From assembly GCF_009914755.1 (NCBI RefSeq), contig NC_060930.1: a stretch of 64,000 nucleotides of DNA. The stretch is one strand, 5' to 3'. The notes under the pieces were generated by a model, which saw only the letters and a program-made list of their open reading frames with translations, did not search any database and was not told where the DNA came from. The position numbers and the translations under genes are program-made. Shown piece after piece: positions 13,430-28,466 of the stretch; positions within the stretch are counted from its first letter, which is position 1; every line of letters starts with the position of its first letter. The stretch comes from the human T2T-CHM13v2.0 reference genome, Homo sapiens.

Positions 13430-14089
13430 ATTAATTCATCAATTATGCATTCATTTAATAAATTCATTGTGCATCTACCATGTATCAGACTTGTGCTAGA
13501 TACAGGGGAGATACTGATGGGAAAAAAAAAACTATAAAGTATAGCAACTATAACACTTATAGCACAATAAATATGAAATTACAACTGTGATGAGTGTTAT
13601 TGAAGGGAAGGTATTCCTGTATCACAGTTTATTAAAGGCAGATTTGATGAAATTGAAGATAATAGTAGAGGATTCCTTGAGGAAGGAATGATTAAGCAAC
13701 AGTCTGAAGAAGTAGCCTTTAACTAAACAAAAAAGGCAGAGAAGGGGCTTCCAGGCAGAAGAGCAGCATGTATGAAGTCCCTGTGGCATGAATTGGTTCA
13801 ATGAAATGTAGCCTAGTGCTGGTGAAGTGCAGAGAAGGTTGGAGAATGTTGTATGAGGTGAAACCAGAGTTAGGACCAAGTTATGCGTGATTTGTAGGTA
13901 GCGTTGGGCATTGTGGCTTCATTCTGAAAGCACTGAAATCATTGAAGGAGGTGGGGTGATCAGATTTATGTTTTGAGAAATCATGTGATAGCATTGTGCA
14001 GAACAGAGCAGAGGGGAAGAAAGGAGGTATTGAGGCCTACCAGGAGGTTATTTTAGAAACAGGAGTGACAAATGATACTTTATTTAGAC
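13430..14089 (-). mobile_element. L2 3' region
   Basis: CATTCATT tail, TTCCAGGCAGAAGAGCAGCATGTATGAAG, GATCAGATTTATGTTTTGAGAAA. Confidence 0.75.
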
Positions 14090-14148
14090 CATGACCTCTC
14101 AACAGGGGTGATACTGCCCCCAACAGGGCTAAAATTGGTTCATGGACG

Positions 14149-14182
<34 letters not shown>

Positions 14183-14997
14183 TAGCTATTACAATGATTT
14201 GTAGCCCTATAACTCAACCCTAAATAATGAAACCTTATTCCTTAGTATTTAATTTCTATTACTGGGTTTTGCTGTTGTTTTGGGGCATCACATTAGCAGT
14301 ATAGAAATTGAATAATTGGAAAATATGCAAAATGTATGGAAGATCAGTGTTACAAAACTATGTGGAATAGATGGCTGTGATTAAAGAACTTTCTAATGCA
14401 TGATTATTCCATCTTAAAGTCATATTGCAAGAGATGGCCCAAGCATCGCTATGGGCTGCTATTGGCCACCTTGTGGATGTTGTTTATATTTGATCCTCAT
14501 GCTTTTGTGTGCGCACTGGGCTTTCAGAATTAAACTAAAATATTTTATATTGCATTATTTAATTTGACAAAATTAATCAATTCATCATTCATTTTGTCAA
14601 ATGTTAAAAAGGAAAAAATGCCAACAATATCTGAAAGGATATCTAGCAGCTAAATAAGTTAAAAGATGTTCTCATACTGAGTAAAGGTCAAAAGTTTGCT
14701 AAAAATAATTTTTAAGAAATTAATGTTATTAATAGTTTTACTTTTGCTGAAAAATATGATTTGAATGTTTTTTAAAATTGATCCTATTGTTATCATTATT
14801 GTGTAATTCTATATATTAACCATTTGCATCTGTAATTTGATATATTATAATTTATTTAAGCATGTAAATTATATTTGAAGCTACTCTGCACATTGTTTTA
14901 AAGTTGAGTTAAATATTGATACCTTTTTAATTTTTAATTTACTTTAACTTGAAAACTTTACTTATTCTTCATTCTGCATTATATATAAAAAGCTTAC
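14090..14997 (+). mobile_element. MER113-like hAT-Charlie element, copy 2 (3' end resumes at 28400-28466)
   Basis: CTCTCAACAGGGGTGATACTGCCCCC...AAAATTGGTTC...CTCAACCCTA...CTTATTCCTTAGTATTTAATTTCT; homologous to 11350-12030. Confidence 0.75.
14151..14180 (+). repeat. Pure A30 tract
   Basis: Read directly. Confidence 0.95.
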
Positions 14998-15211
14998 TTT
15001 TTTTTTTATTATACTTTAAGTTCTGGGATACATGTGCAGAACATACAGGTTTGTTATGTAGGTATACACGTGCCATGGTGGTTTGCTGGACCCATCAACC
15101 CATCATCTACATTAGGAATTTCTCCTATTGCTATCCCTCCCCTATCCCCCGACCCCCCGACAGACCCCGGTGTGTGATGTTCCCCTCCCTGTGTCCATGT
15201 GTTCTCATTGT

Positions 15212-19038
<3,827 letters not shown>

Positions 19039-19101
19039 TATGATTTTAGCTGGTTATTTTGCTTGTTGGTTGATGCAGTTTCTTCCTAGCCTCGATGGTC
19101 T

Positions 19102-20131
19102 TTACAATTTGGCATGGTTTTGCAGTGGCTGGTACCAGTTGTTCCTTTCCATGTTTAGTGCTTCCTTCAGGAGGTCTTTTAGGGCAGGCCTCGTGGTGAC
19201 CAAATCTCTCAGCATTTGCTTGTTTGTAAAGGATTTTATTTCTCCTTCACTTATGAAGCTTAGTTTGGCTGGATATGAAATTCTGGGTTGAAAATTCTTT
19301 TCTTGAAGAATGTTGAATATTGGCCCCCACTCTCTTCTGGCTTGTAGAGTTTCTGCCGAGAGATCCGCTGTTAGTCTGATGGGCTTCCCTTTGTGGGTAA
19401 CCCGACCTTTCTCTCTGGCTGCCCTTAACATTTTTTCCTTCATTTCAACTTTGGTGAATCTGACTATTATGTGTCTTGGAGTTGCTCTTCTTGAGGAGTA
19501 TCTTTGTGGCATTCTCTGTATTTCCTGAATTTGAATGTTGGCTTGCCTTGCTAGATTGGGGAAGTTCTCCTGGATAATATCCTGCAGAGTGTTTTCCAAC
19601 TTGGTTCCATTCTCCCCATCACTTTCAGGTACACCAGTCAGATGTAGATTTGGTCTTTTCACATAGTCCCATATTTCTTGGAGGCTTTGTTTGTTTCTTT
19701 TTATTCTTTTTTCTCTAAACTTCTCTGCTCACTTCATTTCATTCATTTTGTCTTCTATCACTGATACCCTTTCTGGAAGAAAGTAACTGATGTAAATCGC
19801 ATCAGTTACTGAGGCTTGTGCATTCGTTACGTAGTTCTCGTCCCATGGTTTTCAGCTCCATCCGGTCCTTTAAGGACTTCTCTGCATTAGTTATTCTAGT
19901 TATCCATTCATCTAATTTTTTTTCAAGGTTTTTAACTTCTTTGCCATTGGTTCAAACTTTCTCCTTTAGCTCGGAGTATTTTGATCTTCTGAAGCCTTCT
20001 CCTCTCAAGTCGTCAAAGTCATTCTCTGTCCAGCTTTGTTCCATTGCTGGTGAGGAGCTGCGTTCCTTTGGAGGAGGAGAGGCACTCTGATTTTTAGAGT
20101 TTCCAGTTTTTCTGCTCTGTTTTTTCCCCAT
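19102..20131 (-). pseudogene. ORF1: L1 ORF1 (RNA-binding chaperone), disrupted
   Basis: MGKKQSRKTGNSKNQSASPPPKERSSSPA start; C-terminal 186 aa open (REKGRVTHKGKPIRLTADLSAETLQARREW, YPAKLS); stop near 19952. Confidence 0.95.
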
Positions 20132-21153
20132 CTTTGTGGTTTTATCTACCTTTGGTCTTTGATGATGGCGATGTACAGATGTTTTTTGGTGTGGATGTCC
20201 TTTCTGTTTGTTAGTTTTCCTTCTACCAGTCAGGCCCCTCAGCAGCAGGTCTGTTGGAGTTTGCTGGATGTCCATTCCAGACCCTGTTTGCCTGGGTATC
20301 AGCAGTAGTGGCTGCAGAAGAGCAGATATTGGTGAACTGCAAATGCTGCTGCCTGATCTTTCCTCTGGAACTTTTGTCTCAGAGGAGTACCTGGCTGTGT
20401 GAAATGTCAGTCCGCCTCTACTGGGGGATGCCTCCCAGTTAGGCTACTCGGGGGTCAGGGACCCAATTGAGGAGGCAGTCTGCGCATTCTCAGATCTCAA
20501 GCTGTGTGCTGGGAGAACCACTACTCTCTTCAAAGTTGTCAGACAGGGACATTTAAGTCTGCAGAGGTTTCTGCTGCCTTTGGTTTGTCTGTGCCCTGCC
20601 CCCAGCGGTGGAGCCTATAAAGTCAGGCAGGCCTCCTTGAGCTGTGGTGGGTTCCACCCAGTTTGAGCTTCCCGGCCACTTTGTTTACTCAAGCCTCGGC
20701 AATGGTGGGCGCCCCTCCCCCAGCCTTGCTGCCATCTTGCAGGTGATCTCAGACTGCTATGCTAGCCATGAGTGAAGCTCCGTGGGCGTAGGACCCTCCA
20801 AGCCAGGTGTGGGATATAACCTCCTGGTGTGCCGTTTGTTAAGCCCGTTGGAAAGGTGCAGTATTAGGGTGGGAGTGACCCAATTTTCCAGGTGCCCTCT
20901 GTCACCCCTTTCTTTGACTAGGAAAGGGAATTCCCTGACCCCTTGTGCTTCCCAGGTGAGGTGATGCCTTGCCCTGCTTCAGCTCATGCACGGTGTGCTG
21001 CACCCCCTGTCCTGCACCCACTGTCCGGCACTCCCCAGTGAGATGAACCTGGTACCTTAGTTGGAAATGCAGAAATGACTCGTCTTCTGCATCGCTCATG
21101 CTGGGAGCTGTAGACTGGAGCTGTTCCTATTTGGCCATCTTGGCTCCACCCCC

Positions 21154-21401
21154 TTGGCTGGCTTCTTTACCATATGCTGTTTTATCAGCAAGGTCTTTGT
21201 GACCTTTCTGTAGGTTGCCTGTTCACTGTGATGTAATGTTATTAAGTTTTACTTTTGCTGGAAAATATGATTTGACCTCCTATCTCATCCTGTGACTAAG
21301 AATGACTTAACCTCCTGGGAATTCAGCCCAGTAAGTCCCAGCCTTATTTTTACCCAGCCCCTATTCAAGATGGAGTAGCTCTTGGTCAAACGCCTCTGAC
21401 A
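21154..21401 (-). mobile_element. MER41-like 3' LTR, U3 part only, cut off at the L1 5' end
   Basis: Minus strand starts TGTCAGAGGCGTTTGACCAAGAGCTACTCCATCTTGAATAGGG; purine tract (PPT) at 21402-21420. Confidence 0.85.
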
Positions 21402-24400
21402 TATTTCACCCTTCCTTTTTATAAGAGAACCCTTAATCCTAAGTGTTCTAGAGCAGCAAAGATCCATCTTCTGTAACTTCTTCAGGCGGAATAGGGGTGA
21501 TGATATTCTTGCTTAACTATTAGGGTCTCTTGTATTTGGGGTAGAGAGGAGCTCAGTCAGAAAGCATCAGTATGGCCACTTATAACTCCAAGTTCCAACA
21601 AAAGTTGATATCTGGAAGATTAATAAGTGTTCGATTTAAGAAAATGTTTTGTAAGCTTATCCTGCATTCCTACACAACGAGTACAACAGGAATATATTGC
21701 ACAACAGTAAAGCAAAGTAAGTAAAATTATCCCAAGTAAACTAAATAACAAGACTCTCCATGAACTGGGCAACTGTTGGAAACAACCTGATGTGGGGTTG
21801 CTAGCTGATGCCAATACATACCCAGAAATAGAATACTAATCCAGATTTTTACATTACCCGTCCCTCCTGTTTCTTTTGAGCACTGGCCAGAGATCACTGG
21901 TTGGTTCACAGGAATAAGCAGGGTTAGTCTAAATTGCTGGGAAAAAGAAAACTCAAAAACAACTGATGAGACTAGAATCAAATAACAGGTATACCTTAGT
22001 TCTTGAAACATAATTTTCCTCTTTCCAGTTTCCCATTTTTACTAAAGACATATCATGGGAAGACCAATTTGCTTTATTATACTTGGCCTGATTATTGGTA
22101 TAAAGTGCAGCAAGGATAGTTATTTTTCATATAAGCTTTTTACATTGGCTTTTATGGAACTTTGTTCCATAAAAGGAATCTCAGATAAGACTGTTTTTAA
22201 ACCTGATCCTAGCCATGAGTTTTTATCATCAAATACCTATGAACAGGGTAAATTCCTCTCTTCTTGAGGTACCAAGATAACCTGGGGCTCCTGGGCCTGT
22301 TAGAAAGTGACATTCTTTACTTACCACAGGTCAGGAACCCTGTACAGGGACTGTGTAGACAAGGTATGAGGCCAGTTTTCCAAAGAGCCTTTTATTGGCT
22401 CTATAAGTCAAGTTTGATTCCTTAAAAGAAAGCAAGCCACTCCAGTCAAAGCCTTGGTAAAATAACCAATTTCTCCAACTGTCTTGTTACAAAATAATTC
22501 CTTTTTTTGGTAAAGTTTTTTTTTTTAATTTTATTTTACTTTAAGTTCCAGGATACATGTGCAGAACGTGAAGGTTTGATACATAGGTAAACATATATAA
22601 TTGATACATAGGTGTGACATGGTGTTTTACTGCACCTATCAACCCATCACCTAGGTATTAAGCCCCACATGCATTAGTGGTTTGTCCTGATGCTCTCCCT
22701 CACCTCTCTCCCCTGACGGTCCCTGGTGTGTGTTGTTTCCTTCCCTGTGTCCATGTGTTCTCATTGTTCAGCTCTCACTTATGAGTAAGAACATGTGTTG
22801 TTTGGTTTTCTGTTCCTGTTTTAGCTTGCTGAGGATGATGGCTTCTAGCTACATCTGTGTCCCTGCAAAGGACATGATCTTATTCATTTTTATGGCTGTG
22901 TAGTATTCCATGGTTTATATGTACCACATTTTCTTTATCCAGTCTATCATTGATGGGCATTTAGTTTGATTCCATGTCTTTGCTATTGTGAATAATGTTG
23001 CAATAAACATACATGTGCATTTATCTTTATAATAGAATGATTTATATTCTGTTGGGTATATACCCAGTAATGGGATTGCTAGGTCAAGTGGTATTTCTGG
23101 TTCTAGATCCTTGAGGAATAGCCACACTTTCTTCCACAATAGTTGAACTAATTTACACTCCCACCAACAGTGTAAAAAAAAGCATTCCTATTTCTCCACA
23201 GCCTTGCCAGTATCTGTTGTTTCTTGACTTTTTAATGATTGCCATTCTGACTGGCATAAGATGGCATCTCATTGTGGTTTTTATTGCATTTTTCTAATGA
23301 TCAGCAATGTTGAGCTTTTTTTCATATGTTTCTTGGCCACATAAATTTCTTCCTTTGAGAAGTGCCTGTTCATATCCTTTGCCCACTTTATTTTTTTGAC
23401 CTTTGTTAAAGTCTGTTTTGTCAGAGACTAGGATTGGAACCCCTGCTTTTATTTGCTTCCCATTTGCTTGGTAAATTTTCCTCCATCTCTTTATTTTGAG
23501 CCTGTGTGTTCTTTGCATGTAAGATGGGTCTCCTGAATACAGCACACCAATGAGTCTTGACTCCTTATCCAATTTGCCAGTCTGTGTCTTTTAGTTGGGG
23601 CATTTAGTCCATTTACATTTAAGGTTAGTTTTGTTATGTGTGAATTTGATCCTGTTATCATGATGCTATTTGGTAATTTTGCACACTAGTTGATGTAGTT
23701 TCTTTAGAGTGTCATTGGTCTTTATATATTGCTTTGTTTTTGCAGTGGCTGGTACCAGTTTTTCCTTTCCACATTTAGTGCTTCTTTCAGGACCTCTTGC
23801 ATGGCAGGCTTGGTAGTAACAAAATCCCTCAGCATTTGCTTGTCTGGAAAAGATGTTATTTCTCCTTTGTTTATGAAGCTTAGTTTGGCTGGATATGAAA
23901 TTCTGGGTTGAAAATTCTTTTCTTTAAGAATGTCGACCATTGGCCCCAATCTCTTCTGGCTTGTAGAGTTTCTGCTGAGAGGTCCACTGTTAGTCTGATG
24001 GACTTCCCTTTGTAGGCAACCTGGCCTTTCTTTCTGGCTGCCCTTAATAGTTTTCCTTCATTTTGACCTTGGAGAATCTGATGATTATGTGTCTTGGGGT
24101 CAATCTTCTTGTGGAGTATCTTAATGGTGTTCTCTGTATTTCCTGAATTTCAAAGTTGGCCTGTCTTGCTAGGTTGGGGAAGTTCTCCTTGATAATATCC
24201 TGAATATTGTAGGTTCAGTCTTTTTATGAAGTCCCATATTTCTTGGAGGCTTTGTTTATTCCTTTTTATTCTTTTTTCTCTACTGTTGTCTTCATGTCTT
24301 ATTTCAGTAAGGTGGTCTGCAAACTCTGATAGTCTTTCTTCTGCTTGGTCGATTCCACTGTTGATACTTGTGTATGCTTCACGAAGTTCCTGTGCTGTGT

Positions 24401-27400
24401 TTTTCAGCTCCATTAGGTCGTTTTTGTTCGTCTCTAAACTGGTTATTCTGGTTAGCAATTCCTCTAACTTTTTATCAAGGTTCTTAGCTTCTTTGCATTG
24501 GGTTAGAAATGCTCCTTTAGCTCAACATAGTTTGTTACCCATCCTCTGAAGCCTACTTCTGTCAATTCATCCATCTGATCCTCTGTCAGTTCTGCACCCT
24601 TGATGGAGAGACGCTGCAATCATTTGGAGGAGAAGGGGCACTGTGGCCTTTTGGGTTGTCAGCATTTTTTCGTTGATTCTTTCTCATCCTCTTACATTTG
24701 TCTAGTTTCTGTCTTTCAGGCTACTGACCCTTGGATGGGTTTTCATGGAGGTCTTTTTGTTGTTGTTGTTGATGATGCTGTTTTGTTGTTGCTTTCTGCT
24801 TGTTTGTTTTTCTTTCAATAGTCAGGTTCCTCTTCTGTAGGACTGCTGCAATTTGCTGGAGGTTCACCTCTGGCCATATTCATCTGATTCGCTCCCTGGA
24901 GATGTCACTCAAGGAGGCTGTAGAACAGCAAAGATGGTGCCTGCTCCTTCTTCTGGGACCTCTAACCTCAAGTGGCACCAATCTGATGCCAGTAGGACTG
25001 CTCCTGTATAGAGTGTCTGACAACCCCTGTTGGAGGGTCTCACTCATTTGGGTGGCACAGGGAGCAGGACCCATTTAATGAAGCACTTTTTCCCTTGGTG
25101 GAGGGGGTGTGCCTCACTGGGTGAAAACCCATTCATCTCTGCTGTCTGGATTCCTCAGAACTACCAGGAGGAGAGGCTAACTCTGCTGGTCCGTAGAGAC
25201 TGTGGCCACCCCTCCCCCTAGGGGCTCAGGCCCAGAGAGATCTGAATTCTGTCTCTGAGCCTGTGGCTGGAGTTATTGGGGTTCTGATAGGGAAGCCCCA
25301 ACCAATGAGGAAGGATGGGTCAGTGTTAGATCTGAAGAGGCACTCTGGCTGCAGACTGCCACAGCCAGTGCGTTGGGCTGTGGGGACAAGTCCTGGGACC
25401 AAACTGTCCAGCCTCCCTGCCTCTAGCAGGAGAAAATCACAGCCTGGAGCTATAGAAATGAGTGCCGCCTTTCCCCTGCCCAGGGAGCTTAGTGTGTTAG
25501 GCTGTTGTGAGCCCCAGTGCTAGTTGCTGCCGCTCCCCCAAGGAGCTCAAATGGCTTAGACAGCAGGCAGCCCCAGCAGGTGCTGGTTGCCCTTCCCCCC
25601 AGGAGTTTAGTAGGCTTAAACAGATTCCAGCTGAGAGGCTGTAAGAATCTGCATGTTCCAGGGTTTGGACGCTAGGCCCTGGTCACATGGGTTCCTGAGT
25701 GGGATTTTCCAACTTGGGGGTTGCACAGTTCCATAGAAATAGCACAGTTTCCTCAGCTAGGTAGCATGCTCACTCACCACCTCCCTTGGCTGGGGGGAGG
25801 GGGTTCCCCTGCCTCTGTGGCTCTTAGATGGGCTGCTGCACCACACTCTTCTTCCTTCTCTCCATGAGTCACGCCAGCCTTCTAGTCAATTTTGATGAGA
25901 GAACCTGGATACCTTGGTTTCTGGTGAAGGATTCACATGCTTATTATGGTTTCATTCCACTGGGAGCCTCCGAACACTGCTGCTTCTAGTCGGCCATCTT
26001 GGCCCTGAAGGTCCTATTTTTATACCAGATTCTGGATCCCAAAAAGAGGGAATCATTCCATCTCCCATGGGAGTCTTATTTCTCAACAGAAGGGTGGGGA
26101 TGTTGCCATACCTTCCAGGTGACCAAGAGCTTGCTTTTCTAATTCAAACGTGCAAGGAACCCGGTATCTCCCCATAACTGCCATCAGCCATCCCCAAAAG
26201 TATATGTCCTACCTAATTATTATACACAAAACTCTCGCATAACGTGAAGTAATTTCTTATACCCCAAAAGTAAAAAATGTCAGATAATGCAATGCAAAAC
26301 AGAACAGAGCTTAGATTTTGAGAGGGATGTATCCACTTTCAATTCCTGAGGTTTCATGAGGAAAACAGAGGTTTTTTTTCCCAAAACAGGGTCTGTGGCA
26401 CCTGTTTTGCCCAAGGAGTCCCAGGTTATTAGAGCTTGAATATAAGCTTTTAATTAAGCTGACTTTTTACCATAGCACTCTTAAAAAAAATCCTTTTACA
26501 TCTCTTATTACCTGACTTTAGGCACATCAAATGGCCAATATTTCTGGCTTTTAAACTTTACCAAAGGTAACCTCCTAGGTGCTCAGAGAAAGGAAAATTC
26601 AAGATGGCTCCTGGAGGGGAAGACAATCAACAAACAGTAAAGATCACACAGATATCAAATCAGAAAGGATGCATTCCCTAAGCCAGGAATTGAACCTAAA
26701 CCCAAGCCACCATTGTAAAATGGTGAAACCTTAGCTGCTTAGCTACAGCATTTGGTGGTTTCTATTGCCCTTCCCAGAAGCAGCCTACAGCAGTCAATTT
26801 TGAGCTTGCAAAGTCTTTTAACTGCTCAAGATAATTTTTGGAGCTAACTATGTCATGAATTTCAAAATTCCTGGAAGGCAGAGATTAAGAGAAAGTACTG
26901 CCATGTGATTACAAGGTCAAGCTCCCAAGGACACAACTAACCAGTTTGCTGGACTGGCTTGAACAGCTGGCTTATGTGGTCCTAAGCCCATGTTCTATCC
27001 TAAGGTACTTCTCTTTATGATGGAGTGACACAGACAGACAAATTCATAGCACAAAGTACAGCATATTCACTACAGCTTCAGACTAGCCTCACAAATCTTT
27101 TTTCCATTAATGAAAAGTTTACAGTAGAGATAAACAGTGATTTTCACCATTCATTCAACTAGTTTACACAAAAGTAAGAGAAGCCAGAAGCCTGACTGGT
27201 AAGAAATTCTTAACTCTTTGCTGGCATACCAGGCTTCTGGATTCCCTTTCCCTCAGGGGCCCTAGCAACCCTCCTTGCCACACTATAACCCTGGGGGCCA
27301 AGCTGAAACACAAAAGAAAATCTTTTTTTTTTTTTTCTGTTTCATGGAATCACAGGCAAAGCCTCTCAATTTTGTAAGATGCCACCAAACCAACTGCATG

Positions 27401-28244
27401 GGGAACCCGAATTAACATTTTCCATTCTGGCTGGTGCAAAACACATGTGACAAAACATAGATATTAGCCACTCTACTTAGCACCCAAAATTGAAATGGCA
27501 AGGCTCAAAGTTGCCCATGGATGGGCCCTGTCATCTTTAATCCATTCAAAGTGGATTAAAGGAGTCTCAACATGTGATCTCTGGGCAAGATGGTCGCTCT
27601 GAGTAACAGAAAAGATAGAAAAGGGAAAGGAGAGAAAGAGAGAGAAAATCATTGCCTGCAGTGCGGTGGAGAAGGTAAAGAGCTCAGGGAGACCAGAGAA
27701 AGACCCATCCATTACAGCGACACTGAATCAAAAGTTCAGCCTTCTCGGCAGTGAAGGGATCTTTTCCAGCAGTCCCATCAGCTCTCAAGTGTCCCCCTTT
27801 GGGGAGAAGAAAGTTCCCCATGTCCCATGATACTACATATGTCTAATCCTGTCACCCATAGCCATCAGCAAAGAGCGCAAGGCAGATTAATCCAAAAAGA
27901 ATAGTGACTAACATCCCATAGTACCAAATCCATTTTAACCAAGAAGGACTTTACTGAGGTGGGGGACCTCTAACCCCCTAAATCTTAGGAAGGACTGTAA
28001 GCCTTCCTAAGTTGGGCCTGGAACCCAAGTTCAGTCAAATATCCTTGTCTTTTATTAAGAGGGGCCTTTAACCCACTCTGTCTTAGGAGGGACGCTAACC
28101 CTCCAAAGTTAGACCTCCAACCCAATCCCACCCTTTACCTTAGTACCCCACCACTTACCCAAAGGCAGCCAATTGGTGCTGTAGTCTATCTCCTTTGGGT
28201 CAGGAGACTCCTTAATATTTTCCCTTCGTCCTTTGCCAGCAAGA
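21402..28244 (-). mobile_element. MER41/MER4-group ERV1 internal region (non-coding remnant), split by L1 at 22516-26005
   Basis: MER4-int-type motifs (GGGCCTGTTAGAAAGTGACATTCTTTACTTACC), PPT at left, PBS-like TGGCAAAGGACGAAGGG next to the right LTR. Confidence 0.8.
22516..26005 (-). mobile_element. L1PA8A/L1PA10-like element with both ends and about 2.9 kb of ORF2 deleted
   Basis: 5' GGGCCAAGATGGCCGACTAGAAGCAGC; ORF1 remnant 24687-23722; EN start joined to ORF2 C-terminus near 23392; 3' CTAGGTATTAAGCCC type. Confidence 0.9.
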
Positions 28245-28399
28245 TGTTACTGGAAAGTGGTCCCAATCCAGACGCCAAGAAAGGGTTCTTGGATCTCACA
28301 CAAAAAAGAATTCAGAGCAAGTCCATATAGTAAAGTGAAAGCAAGTTTATTAAGAAAATAAAGGAATAAAAGAATGGCTACTCCATAGGCAGAGGAGCC
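28245..28399 (-). mobile_element. MER41-like 5' LTR, R-U5 only
   Basis: Minus strand GGCTCCTCTGCCTATGGAGTAGCC...AATAAACTTGCTTTC...CCAGTAACA. Confidence 0.85.
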
Positions 28400-28466
28400 A
28401 AGCTTATTCTTTTTATGTATAAATCACAGCTGTACAGTATACTCATGGTATTAACATTTCATGGGT

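Noticed and set aside
20702-20920. Intact antisense L1 ORF0
   Set aside because: ATG present but the frame hits TGA after 14 codons; the copy near 48789 (minus) stops after about 24 codons
22050-22500. Similarity to 56850-56990 and 59850-60110 as a segmental duplication
   Set aside because: Diverged homology between MER4-group internal regions with different LTRs
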